Below the pieces are notes generated by a model. It was not told the origin of the DNA. It saw only the letters and a list, made by a program, of their open reading frames with translations, and did no database searches. A stretch of DNA of 64,000 nucleotides from Octopus vulgaris. Its lineage: Eukaryota. The position numbers and the translations under genes are program-made. The stretch lies in the NCBI GenBank assembly GCA_951406725.2, contig OX597820.1, forward strand, positions 90,520,001 through 90,584,000, written 5' to 3'. Positions 41,219 through 53,129 of this stretch are shown in pieces. Numbering within the stretch: the first letter of the stretch is position 1; every line of letters begins with the position of its first letter.

Positions 41219-41293
41219 AAGAAGAAGAAGAAGAAGAAGAAGAAGAAGAAGAAGAAGAAGAAGAAGAAGAAGAAGAAGAAGAAGAAGAAAGAA
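41140..41293. repeat. (TAG)n-(AAG)n compound microsatellite
   Basis: Directly visible. Confidence 0.95.
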
Positions 41294-42152
41294 GTGCTGG
41301 TGTTGGTGGGGCGGTGGTGGAACTTTCTATGGACTACATCCTCATGTCTAATAATAACGCCTGCAAAGTTTTTCCAGGATCTTCAGCAGTTTAAGTTAGA
41401 CCTTATAAAATAATATTTAAATAAAAGGAAAACCATAAAATATTGTAAATGCCATATCAGATATTTCCAACAACTGTATTGGAGAGAATCGCAACTATAT
41501 TATTAGAATAAAGTTGTTTGTTCGCTTTTGTTTCCCATTTGTGAGCGTCGTAGATGAATCCCTCCATAATTAGTTATAATATTACAGCTTTTAAAAATAC
41601 ATAACATGGATTAAATTGATCGAATCCTGTAACTAAAACGTGAATATGTCGATTTTGATTAGCGTGTGTTAGATAATAATATCTAATTTAATTTATTCAA
41701 ATAATTTGTTAGGAACCGAAATTTTCGCCCCCTTCCTAACAAGAAAGAGAAAGAAGTAGCGTAAATATATTATTGGATATGGTATACAGTAAATACAAGT
41801 GGACTAGCAGTTTTGTGAGTAATCCATAAAGTTTGTATGTATAATATTAGCAATGCGTCCTGTTGTACATATTTCTGCCGCAGTAGATCGATTCGAGCAA
41901 TGAACTTCTAATGTATAACTAGAAAATATGCAGGTCCAATGGAACTTCGCGCTTTTATTTTATCATTTATCTTTACCAGTCCAAGCTCTTATATCATTCA
42001 ATCACACTCCCACAGATTAGTATGAACACATTTGTTGCACTGTTTATTCAAGTCTCTGAGTATGTTAATTTATTGGAATTAAAATATTGAAAAGAAGATG
42101 CTGTTCAGATTGTATTAGAGTCCGATAAGATACAGAGACACGCCAATACAGG

Positions 42153-42184
<32 letters not shown>

Positions 42185-43984
42185 AAGAAAGAAAGAAAGA
42201 GCGAGGAGCAGGCAGACAGAGATAGAGACAAAGAAGGGGCTGCGGGGCAGCAAAGGAGAGGGAGGAAGAATGAGTAACGAGGAAGAGGGAGACAGAACAC
42301 AGAGAGAGGAAGAATGTTAGATTAGGAAGCGGAAAGGGAGAGAGACAAAGAAACAGAAAACAAGTAAAAGTTAGTGAGAGAGGGATGGAGAGATTATCAA
42401 ATATATACGAAGTGTTTTTGGCGGCCATAAATTTCTTTATAAGGAATGTTTAAAATCAAAATTGCTGTATTTTCTCCTGAATCAGTGTTTAATGTTCATG
42501 CTTTACTCGTCCGTTCTTCATTCTTTTTTTTTCTTAGTTTCTACTTCATTTTTCTTGGTCAGCTGATATGCCATGTTGTTATAACACTAGGGTCAACATG
42601 GTCTTTTAATCCGTCCAGATTTAATCAAATATTTACTTGTTTGGGATTGGAATTAATTTAATTTACTAGGTCCTGCATAAATAAATGGGCGTTGTTGTGT
42701 GCCATTACGCAACTTCATTTTATTCTTTATCATCATCATCATCAACATCCTCCTCTTCACCACCACCACCGTTTCTGTTGCTAGTTGTGCAGTTGCGTAA
42801 ATCGTGCAGAATGAAATTATCTAGAAGTTTATCTGCTTTCTTCTCAGGCATTTCATTGCGTAAAAGTACAATTTTCTTTATTTGTGCTAACTCGAAATCT
42901 TTTTTTCACTGTTGATTCACTGCTGTGACAGCTTTCTTTATTAGTTTCCAAAAGTGTTACTTTATGGCAATGACGATAAGCATAAACATGTTCGCTGTCT
43001 CTTCCTTGAAAAATTCTCCTCTCATCAAGATTGCTTTGTCCCATAACTATACTGAATTCTTCAATAAAACATAGCTGATGTTCATGTCACCTGCCTTCAG
43101 TTCTTATTGTCCAATATTTTTTTATCTTTGCTATTTTCTTTCTAATTAGTTAAAAAAAAAAAAAAAAGTAGTTGTAAGTTCTAAGGAATGAGCTTGGAAA
43201 GTTTGCATGTCGCAAGGAAAGGAGGAATCTAAAGTTTAGGGACTCCGTTTGAGAAAAGCAAAACTGAAATTCAACTAATTTAATTCATATCTTTCTTTCT
43301 GTCTCTCCTAGCAGCTTGTCTCTCACTCTCTCTCTCTCTCTGTCGTTTTCTCTTTCTCTCATTGCTGACTCTCCCCCTCTCTCTCTCTGTTCATCAGCCT
43401 TCTCTCTCCCTCTCATTCTCTGTTTGTATGATTATCTCTTTCACAGTCTGAGTCAGTCTCGAAATGTCACATGTTTTTCTTCTACATGACACAACCAGAT
43501 TAGCAACACTGTTTACCATTAGTTTCTCAATGTGTGTGTGAGTGTGTGTGCATAGGTATGTGTGAGCGTGCGTGTGTGTGAGTGCGGATGTGCGTGCGGG
43601 CAACTGGAAACAAGTTACATTATACATTGTTATTCATATCTTACAACATATTCTGGATTATGGATAAATTCAGTCTTTACCCTGCGGCACATAGCAGGAT
43701 CTACTTTCATTTTCTGCAGTTATTATTATCTCTTATGTGTATAATTTCTGATTCACCAGTTCGCGATCTAGTTGCACAAAGGTAAATAAACTTTTATGCC
43801 ATTGATTCTTCAGTAATATTCATCATATTCTTGTCATCATGATTGTTCTCTTTCTCACCGGTATTCCCAACAATCAAGTTTTAATTTCATGTTGAGTTCT
43901 TTGGAAATAATATGCATTGCTTTCTTTTCACCATATTGTATGACTTCAAAGCACAATTTATATAGAAAACGTGTAACCACTTTA

Positions 43985-44195
43985 CAAATTTTTATACAAG
44001 GCCTGACATTTCGTGGGAGGGAATAAGTTGGTTACATCGAAGCCAGTACTTAACTGGTACTTATTTTACCGACCCGGAAAAAATCAAAAGCAAAATCGAT
44101 TCCAGCAGAATTAGAACTCAGAACGTGAAAACACATAAAATTGTCGCTAAGCATTTTATCCGGTGTGTTAAAGATTCTACGAGCACGCTGCCTTA
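43985..44195 (-). mobile_element. Decayed OK-like SINE
   Basis: taactggtacttattttaccgaccc..gaactcagaacgt..gctaagcatt. Confidence 0.7.
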
Positions 44196-45472
44196 TCTAC
44201 TCCTAACTATTAATAATCCTAAGTAGCAAATCCAGTCCATCGCCCGTTTTGACCTATTGATTCCTAGTGTGCCACCAAACAATAAATTTTTTCTGTCTAT
44301 TAACCATTGCGGCAAGTTATTTGTCGTGGTTTGGTTTTTGCTTTTCTTATTTTGCTATTTAAGTGAAAACTGTAGAATAAGCGCCAATATTAAAAAAGAG
44401 ATAAATTCTCAATGTTGTCGCAAACAAGTATTGCGCAACCATCAACTCGATAAGACTTCACTATAGCAAGACATGCAGTCAAGTAGTAGAAGATGGCGTG
44501 CTACGTTGGTTTCCGATGACTTATATTCACATTGGATTTGATGATGAACATGATGGCGGGGCCATAAATGTTTTCCCTCTACTGTTACCATAGTTTTCGC
44601 TACAGAACCGTGAGCTGTTTGACTTTATTGTTTTCTTCATTATTTTCGTTTTTGTTTCTTTTCCTTAAACTTCCAAGTTCTTCTAAGTATTCAGCTCACG
44701 GGTTCACTTTACTCTGGCAATTGTAAAAACTAAGCTTTCTTCCTTGTATTAATATTATTAATATTATGCCCTGAGTCTAGGCAGAGCACAGTATTTCTAA
44801 TTATGATACTCGTGTTTCTTTGACATAAAATATATTTTCAAAAGGTTGCTGACAGTTTCAGCCTGTGATTTTATCTACCACAGATAGTGGTCGACGTTCT
44901 TCGTCCTGCAGTTGAGATAGAAAACTTAAACAAATGTTGTCCTTCATCAGTGGAAGTATATACGCACGCGCGCACACACACATATTAGTGTGGGTCTGGA
45001 GAGATATATTATCCGGGCGGATAACGCTCTGAGTTATATTCCAGGTCACGGCTGATCATATCCAGTAGTATTTAATATCTGTATATATAGATGAAGTTTC
45101 GAATGGAAATAAATTGCTCTTTAACAGGGGTGTATTATATCTAAGCGTACACCAGTTTATCTCCATTTCGATTAATGTACTTGGAATTCATTAATTTGTG
45201 TTAGTGTTAACAGCCATGAAGTTCCAGTAGTCGTCATAGATGTGTTCATCCATTCAATATAAGAGAACAAAATTTTAATTATATAATATAAGGAAAATTG
45301 AGGGCTTGAACATAGAAAAAAATCGTTTTATTCATATAATAGTCAATTTCATATCGCCTACGTACGTTTCAATTTCTTACCTTAATTCATATTTTGCGAT
45401 TGAGATTGCATTATGCATTTACAAGGTAAAAATCTCTTCAGGGCAAAATTTGACAAAGATTCATGTCCATCC

Positions 45473-45888
45473 AGGCGCAGGAGTGGCTGTGTGGTAAGTA
45501 GCTTGCTTACGAACCACATGGTTCCAGGTTCAGTCCCACTGTGTGGCACCTTGGGCAAGTGTCTTCTGCTATAGCCTCGAGCCGACCAAAGCCTTGTGAG
45601 AGGATTTGGTAGAAGGAAACTGAAACAAGCCCGTCGTATATATGTATATGTATATATATGTATGCGTGTGTGCGCTTATGTGTCTGTGTTGTCCTCCCAA
45701 CATCGCTCGATAACCGATGCTGGTGTGTTTACGTCCCCGTAACTTAGCGGTTCAGCAAAAGAAACCGATGGAATAAGTACTAGGCTTACAAAGAATAAAT
45801 CCTGGGATCGATTTGCTCGACTAAAGGCGGTGCTCCAGCATGGCCGCAGTCAAATGACTGAAACAAGTAAAAGAGTAAAAGAGTAAAA
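45473..45888 (+). mobile_element. OR-like tRNA-derived SINE, full length
   Basis: A-box-like tggctgtgtggta, B-box-like ggttcagtccc, central ccttgggcaagtgtctt, an internal TA/TG tract and a (TAAAAGAG)n tail. Confidence 0.88.
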
Positions 45889-45894
45889 CATAGT

Positions 45895-46093
45895 ATCCTA
45901 ATGGCTGGAGAGTTGCTTACCAACTGAAATAGCAGCATGTGTCTTTGCATTTGTTTGTGTCGGCGTGTATGTCGTTTGCATTCCTTTCTAAAAATAGGCA
46001 TTTTTAGAAAGGAATCCCCCCACCAAAAAAAAATGACACAAACAAACACATGCTGCTATTTCAGTTGGTAAGCAACTTTCCATCCATTAGGAT
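45895..46093. mobile_element. ~200-bp MITE-like hairpin with ~50-bp inverted arms
   Basis: atcctaatggctggagagttgcttaccaactgaaatagcagcatgtgt mirrors acacatgctgctatttcagttggtaagcaactttccatccattaggat. Confidence 0.85.
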
Positions 46094-46634
46094 GGGAATG
46101 AGAGTTTGTTAATTATTGCCCTGAAGAGATAGGGCTAATTTTGTTCCATAAATTATAGAAAAGTCAATTTCATATCGCACAGGTATGTTTCAATTTCTTA
46201 CCGTCATTCATATTTTGCAATTAAGTTTGAATTTCGAATTTAAAAGGTATATTTGAGAATGTAGGGGTAAATGTGCTCCATAAATTTCTAAATAAAGTGT
46301 TAATCTTCTTCCTGCATTTTAATTGTGCGTTTTTTTTTTTTTTCATCATCATACTGCTTGTGTTGCATATAATTATATTTTGGATTTGAAATGCCTTCTG
46401 CTTAAATACAATATAGAATGTTTGTGAAGCAAACCTCTATTTTGCTACGTACCCCCATTTATCGATGACAGCCATTCTTTTGTGAATGATATTTTACTTT
46501 GCCAGAACTACAAAGAAAATGTCATTGTTAGTGCATGGATTAAAACGGTTTCGATAGGAAAAGCAAAATCGACATCTTCAGAATATGGGAGCCGAATAAT
46601 AATAATAATATTAATATCAATAATAATGATGATG

Positions 46635-46713
<79 letters not shown>

Positions 46714-46721
46714 TAATAATG

Positions 46722-46773
<52 letters not shown>

Positions 46774-46804
46774 CAACAACAACAACAAGAAAAGAAGAAG
46801 AAAA

Positions 46805-48377
46805 AAAAACTCCAAGGTAGCACCATTGATCATAAAATATATAAAGCATTCCAGACAGTTGTATCCCCGAGACAAAAGAGGGACTCATAAAAACCAAAGC
46901 CATCCCCAATAGAAGAGGAATATTTCAGGGAAACACGCTCTCTCCAGTCCTTTTGTCCTTGGCGCTGACGCCTTTGACGTGCTAAACAGAACTGGATGTG
47001 ATTTAGATACTACAGTTACGGCAAAACTATGAACCGTCTCTTGTATATGGATGATTTAAATCTGTATGCTACAAATGATAAACAGCTGGAAACATTACTA
47101 CAGACAGTACATGGATTTAGCAAAGAAATAAACATGAAATTCGGCTTAGAAAACTGTACCAAAGCAACATTGAAAAGAGGAAAACTAGTTAAGTGTAAAA
47201 ACATCACACTAGATAAAGCAAATGAAATGTGATAATTAGACAAAAGCCAAACACAAATGTTTAGGAACCAATGAACTAGATACGATACGATACACGCAAA
47301 TGAAAGAGAAAATACGAAAGGAATACTATAGACGAGTTAGAGTAATTCGAAAACAAGATAATAGGTATCAACACTCTAGCCCTCCCCGTTATAAGATACA
47401 GCTACAATATTATTAACGGGACTCTAATCAAAATAGAAAAACAGGAAGAATAATGTCAGGATTTAGGATGCACCACACAAAGTCTGACATAGAAAGTCTA
47501 TATATGCAAAGTATCGAAGTTGGTAGAGGTCATATACAGCTAGAAATCTATTACAAAATAACCATCACAGGACTACAAAAATACCCATTTTAGAAGCAAA
47601 GAAAACTAATACAAATAGCCTCAAAACACGAACAAAAAACCCTGTATTCTGTCTTTAAGAAACCTGACAAATGCCAAACGGAAGTCATAGTAGCTAGCAA
47701 CTATGAAGAAAAAGAAGAAATAACAAAAGCTGTAAAACAACTGAAAACCAAACTAAATCTTGAACATCAACGTATCATGATAGAACGACTGAAAGAATAG
47801 CCTCTACATGGCAAATACTTGGTTAAAATAAACAGAAAAAAAATTGACAAAGCAAAATGGCTTCGAAGCTCAGGATTCAAATCGATGGTTGAAGGATTTT
47901 TAATTACAGCACAAGAATTACCACCAGAAAACACAGAAACCACGTAATGAAAAGAAATACAAGTAACGGCAAAATATGTTGTGATGGGCAAGAAAGAATG
48001 AATCTTATTGTCTATAGCTGCCCAATCCTGGCTAAGAAGAAATATATTCACAGTCACAACAGAGTTGGATTTATATACACTAGAGGCTATGCCAACACTA
48101 GCAAATAACAACAGAAAAATATGGTATAGGCACACGTCGAAAAAGCTTACAGAAAATGAGAAAGCAATCATACACTGAAATATGCCAGTACACAGAGATA
48201 GAGAAGGCCAATATGCCAGATATAGTTGTCAGAGATCACAAAAAATGCGTTCTAATCGATGTATCGATACCAACAGTAAATATCTTTCTCTTAAAGAAAT
48301 TTTCAAAATTCAAAACCTGGAAATAGAAGTAACTCCAATGTGGAGCCTAAAAACAGAAGCAATTCCTATTATAGTAC
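46805..48377 (+). mobile_element. Decayed R4/Dong family A fragment (RT C-terminal half to endonuclease)
   Basis: RGIFQGNTLSP, LLYMDDLNLYA, MKFGLENCTKATLKRGKL, PLHGKY and LEIEVTPMWSLKTEAIPIIV. Preceded by the TAA array at 46596-46790. Confidence 0.88.
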
Positions 48378-49182
48378 GCTTCGTGACCCAAAAAGTTGAT
48401 GAGATTCTCAAAGACATTCTGACAAAAGATGTAACAGAAACAAGGGACTTGATCAAATCCACTTCAATTTTAGTAGGTGAAGTGGTTGGAAAGAAACAGA
48501 GAAAAATAGACGGACAGAAAGAGCAATGGTGGAAGCGGACAATTGAAGGCGATATTTCAACTTTACATAAAGATCCGAGACGCATACAAGAGTGGTCAAA
48601 AGGGCAATGAACAAGTGGAGAAGAAAGTGCAAGGGCATATATTGACGCGAGGTACCATATAGAAAAGAAAGGATTCAAAACTGTCATGGAAACCCTAAAA
48701 CAACGTGAGTGGGCTAAAACATTACAGTTGCAGTGCTACACTGACCGCATACCTCAGTTCCAGCAAAACCGCTTATTTTCCAACAACCAGAGGCAGCTTT
48801 TTAATGGCTTAGGAGGAAACACAGAAGATAATACAGCTCCTGAATCAGAAGAAACCGGCCAATTTTGGAATAACATCTGGGGGGGGGGTCGTAGAACCAC
48901 AGTGGTAAGTGGATTCATTCTGTGATATCTGAACTCCATCAACCAGAGGCTCCATGATAGTACCATATGCGCATAACAACGGAAGATCTCCTTGTACAGA
49001 TATCAAAACTTCCAAACTGGAAAGCTGCAGGACCAAACAGGAGTCAAGGCTACTGGCTCAAGTGGTTTAGGTCAATACACAAGAGAATTACGTTGCAATT
49101 GGACAATTGCTTACAGAACGGTGCAGTTCCGGAGTGGATTGTAGAAGAACGAACAACATTGTTAATGAAAGATCGGTCAATA
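48378..49182 (+). mobile_element. Fragment of a different R4-clade element (pre-RT region)
   Basis: WWKRTIEGDI, ETLKQR..QFQQNRLFSNNQRQLF and PNWKAAGPNRSQGYWLK..VPEWIVEERTTLLMKD. Ends at the TAA array. Confidence 0.85.
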
Positions 49183-49184
49183 AA

Positions 49185-49283
<99 letters not shown>

Positions 49284-49316
49284 TATAATAATAAAATAAT
49301 TATAATAATGATGATG

Positions 49317-49384
<68 letters not shown>

Positions 49385-49461
49385 TATAATACTGATGATG
49401 ATAATAATAATAATAATAATGATAATAATAATAATAATAATAATAAGAAGAAGAAGAAGAA
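49183..49461. repeat. (TAA)n array ending in (GAA)n
   Basis: Directly visible. Confidence 0.95.
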
Positions 49462-50049
49462 GGAATATATTCACAGACATGACAGAGTTGGAACCTACAT
49501 ACATTGGAAGCTATGCCAACATTATGGAATAACAACAGAAAAAAGATGGTATAGGCACACACCAGAAAAGGTCACAGAAAACGAGAAAGCAACCATACTC
49601 TGGGATATGCCGATACACACAGATAGAGAAATTAAGACCAGATATAGTTGTCAGAGATCATGAAGAAAAAAAAATGCTTTCTAATTGATGTATCAATACC
49701 GGCAGATGACAACGTGTCTCTAAAAGAAATGGAGAAACTCTCAAAATACAAAGACCTGGAAATAGAGGTAACTAGAATGTGGAATCTGAAAACAGAAACA
49801 ATTCCTATCATAGTAGGTGCATTAGGCATGATAAAAAAAAATATTCAAATACATAACAAAAACACCAGGACTTACAAACACATATAACATACAGAAAATT
49901 GCACTACTAGGCACTGCACACATCCTACGCAGAACACTTTCCATACAATAACCATCAGAGCATCACAACAAATCACAGCACATACCCAAGGCACACAGAG
50001 CTGCGCTCGGTAGTGAAGTGAAAGTACGCTATAAAAATAAAACTACTGA
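49462..50049 (+). mobile_element. Young 5'-truncated R4/Dong family A copy
   Basis: EYIHRHDRVG..HWKLC..LWDMPIHTDREI..CFLIDVSIPADDNV..KLSKYKDLEIEVTRMW. 3' UTR followed by (TAA)n at 50050-50126. Confidence 0.92.
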
Positions 50050-50067
50050 ATAATAATAATAATGATG

Positions 50068-50126
<59 letters not shown>

Positions 50127-50700
50127 TGATGCAGTACCAGGCAGTGGCTCTCATGGCTTCTGATCTTAACTGATTGGAAGTGTTATCATGTACATTGTTT
50201 TGTCTTGGTATAAAAGATGGGCTACAGCAAATATTCTGCTCAATACCACAGATTTGCTTGTCAGTTGTTTGACCTTAACCAGTTGAGCATGTCCCTTAGT
50301 GGCTGACGATATGTGCATCTCTGATCACGAGCAGAAGTAGTGGGGGAGCATCATAGCCATGTGTTGAGAGGGATTCTTTGGGGTTTGAATAGTTCACCTC
50401 TGGAAACATGGGTGGTTCTTTCAACATCCTTAAACAACCCTTATTCAGGGACCGTTTGAGCAGGATGGGCTACTCAAAATGAAGAAAATTCTAACTGGGC
50501 CCCACCTGCAAGGTCATGTGCTGTTTATCTTGATATGAGATCACCATGTCGCGCACATATGGTTGTGATGCATGTGCCTGGTGTACCTTTATCAGACGGG
50601 TAGTCATGATGGGTATATTGGGCTTCGTATATTTTACCCCAGTGTCACTTTGATGGCATGAACTGCTCTCTCACTCAATAATAATAATAAAAATAATAAT
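50127..50700 (+). mobile_element. ~550-bp non-coding insert between TAA repeats (probable LINE 3' UTR or non-autonomous retroelement)
   Basis: Complex sequence that is GC-richer than its flanks. It starts right after (TAA)n and ends in a TAA tail at 50677-50700. No listed ORF. Confidence 0.6.
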
Positions 50701-50709
50701 GTGATAAGT

Positions 50710-50904
50710 GTCCAATTTTTTCACATCAGAATTGCAGAATTTGTGGACAAACTGTTGAAACCGTATGGTATATTACCAGTCAACGTACAACACTAGCCCA
50801 GAAAGAATATAAGACACGTCATGACAACATAGCAAAGATTTCCATTGGATATTTTGCAACAAGTAGGGATTTGACAGAGCATAAAAGTGGTACGAACATA
50901 AACC
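50710..50904 (+). mobile_element. R4-clade CCHC fragment
   Basis: CRICGQTVETVWYI..LAQKEYKTRHDNIAK..KWYEHKP. Confidence 0.8.
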
Positions 50905-51071
50905 CAAAGGTTTATGTTCGTACCACTTCATGGGAAGGCAGCACTGAGAATTTGAGCATCGGAATGTTACTTTCATACATTTCTCTAACTGTATTGTTAT
51001 TGTTGTTGATTTCGTTGCAGTCGTTGCAGTAACTGCTGCTGTTGTTGCTGCTGTTGCTGCTGTTGCTGTTA

Positions 51072-51429
51072 AGTGAAGCGGTCTTCGTCCCAGAGTGGGA
51101 GAAGTCCGAAACGTGATCCTTTGCTATTCATAAGACCCGAAGAAGAGAAAGTAGGTCGACCCCCGACACCGAAAGCATCTACGGATGGATGAATGCGCAT
51201 CCAGGCTCAGCGGTTGAGTAGGAAGTCGGGGACAAGAAACAGAAAGAGAGACTAAGAGAAAGTTGGAGCGAAAGTGTAGAACAGGGGTCGCCACCACCCC
51301 CTGCCGGAGCCACGTGGAGCTTTAGGTGTTTTCGCTCAATAAACACACACAACGCCCGGTGTGGGAATCGAAACACCGATTCTCCGATCGCGAGTCCGCT
51401 GCCCTAACCACTGGGCCATACCCCCTCCA
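51072..51429 (-). mobile_element. tRNA-derived SINE (third family)
   Basis: Minus-strand head tggcccagtggttagggcagcggactcgcga..gtttcgattccc with A and B boxes, followed by ~280 bp of non-tRNA body. Confidence 0.8.
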
Positions 51430-51970
51430 CAACTGCTGTTGCTACTGTTGTTGTTGACTCTTACAATTTGGCTATCCTGCTCTGCGGATAACTGGCTCTT
51501 CTTTCAGCAGACGGAAAACCATCGTCCGGCATATTTCTTTTTAAAACAATAATTGTTGGCCCTGTTTGCTGATCAAAGCCCAATCTGACTCCTAAAGGCT
51601 ACAGATGGAGAAACGTTAACCAGCTCCCTAATGTCCTTGTTAGTTTATGGATATAAGCATTAAAAGATTTCAATTTATAACTTTGTGTAATGATAGAAAT
51701 AGCAACAAACATACGGGAATGATGTGCAATACGTATCGATACACTATCAACAGCAACAGCAGTAACAACAACATCAACAACCACATTAATAATAATGGTT
51801 TAAATTTTTGAAATAAGGCTAGTAGTTTCAGTGGACCCAGTTTCAGTGGTAATTATTTTATCGATCCCAATGTGATTAAAAGCAAAGGCAACCTTGCCTG
51901 AATTTGAACTCTAAACGTAAAGAGAGCGAAAGTACCTATGCATTTTTCCAACGTGCTAAACATTCGTCGC

Positions 51971-52023
<53 letters not shown>

Positions 52024-52036
52024 CAACAACAACAGC

Positions 52037-52114
<78 letters not shown>

Positions 52115-52145
52115 AATATTAATAATAATAATGATAATAATAATA
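51971..52145. repeat. (AAT)n-(AAC)n compound array
   Basis: Directly visible. Confidence 0.95.
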
Positions 52146-52290
52146 GTTTTCAGATTCTGGTATCCTTTCTGTACAAGATATCATTGCTAATCATAATTAT
52201 TGCCCATTGTCAACCTTGCTGTTACTAGAAGTCTCGTATAAAACAAAACAACAATAACATAAACGATAATAATAATAACTAAGCATGATG

Positions 52291-52530
52291 GAGGCGCGTG
52301 GCTTAGTGGTTAGAGTGTCATGATCGTAAGATTGTGGTTTCGATTCCTGGACCAGGCGACGCGTTGTGTTCTTGAGCAAAACACTTCATTACACGTTGCT
52401 CCACTCAGCTAGCAAAAATGAGTAACGCTGCGATGGACTGGCATCTCGTCCAGCTGGAGAACACATACGCCATTTAAACCAGGAAACCGGGTCCATGAGC
52501 CTGGCTAGCCTTTAAAAGGGCGCATGTACT
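52291..52530 (+). mobile_element. tRNA-derived SINE
   Basis: ggcgcgtggcttagtggttagagtg..ggtttcgattcctgg..gttgtgttcttgagcaaaacactt. Related copies lie at 23445 and 62010. Confidence 0.8.
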
Positions 52531-52985
52531 TATTATTTTTTTTATTATAGCTAGTACAGTGAGTTATATCGATCATACTTCTTGACACTTATAATTCTAT
52601 AAGCACCGACAATTGTGGAAAAGGGAACGACTATGTTACTTTCGCAACTGTACGTATTCTCTTCATCTGGCATATGTCATAATAATTCTCATGGCGCTGC
52701 TGTCAGTAGAGATATCGGTTTAAAGTTTTGACACAAGGTCAGTAATTATGGGGGAAGGTGTAATTCGATCACATCCACCCCCTAGAGTGATGAAAGGCAA
52801 AGCTAGATTTGAACTCAGGACGTGAAGGCGGTCGAAATGCCACTAAGCATTTTGTCTCCGGTATGCTAACGATTCTACCAGCTCGCCACCCTACAATGTC
52901 AATAGGAATATTAACTGTAATAATAATAGTAATTGCGGTGATAGCGGTTGTAGTAGTAGTAGTAGTGGTGGTGGTGGTGGTGGTG

Positions 52986-53016
<31 letters not shown>

Positions 53017-53129
53017 GTTTTATAATTACAGCGTTATCCAGTGACTGTCACTGCAAGCAAGAAGAGCTCTCATAATTCCAGTATTGGTAATAAAACATCT
53101 ATTAAAAAAAAAGGAAAAAAACGAGATCC

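Noticed and set aside
51355-51429. tRNA gene (also at 45473, 52291, 55625, 62010)
   Set aside because: A and B boxes are present, but I see no complete cloverleaf and each continues into a SINE body.
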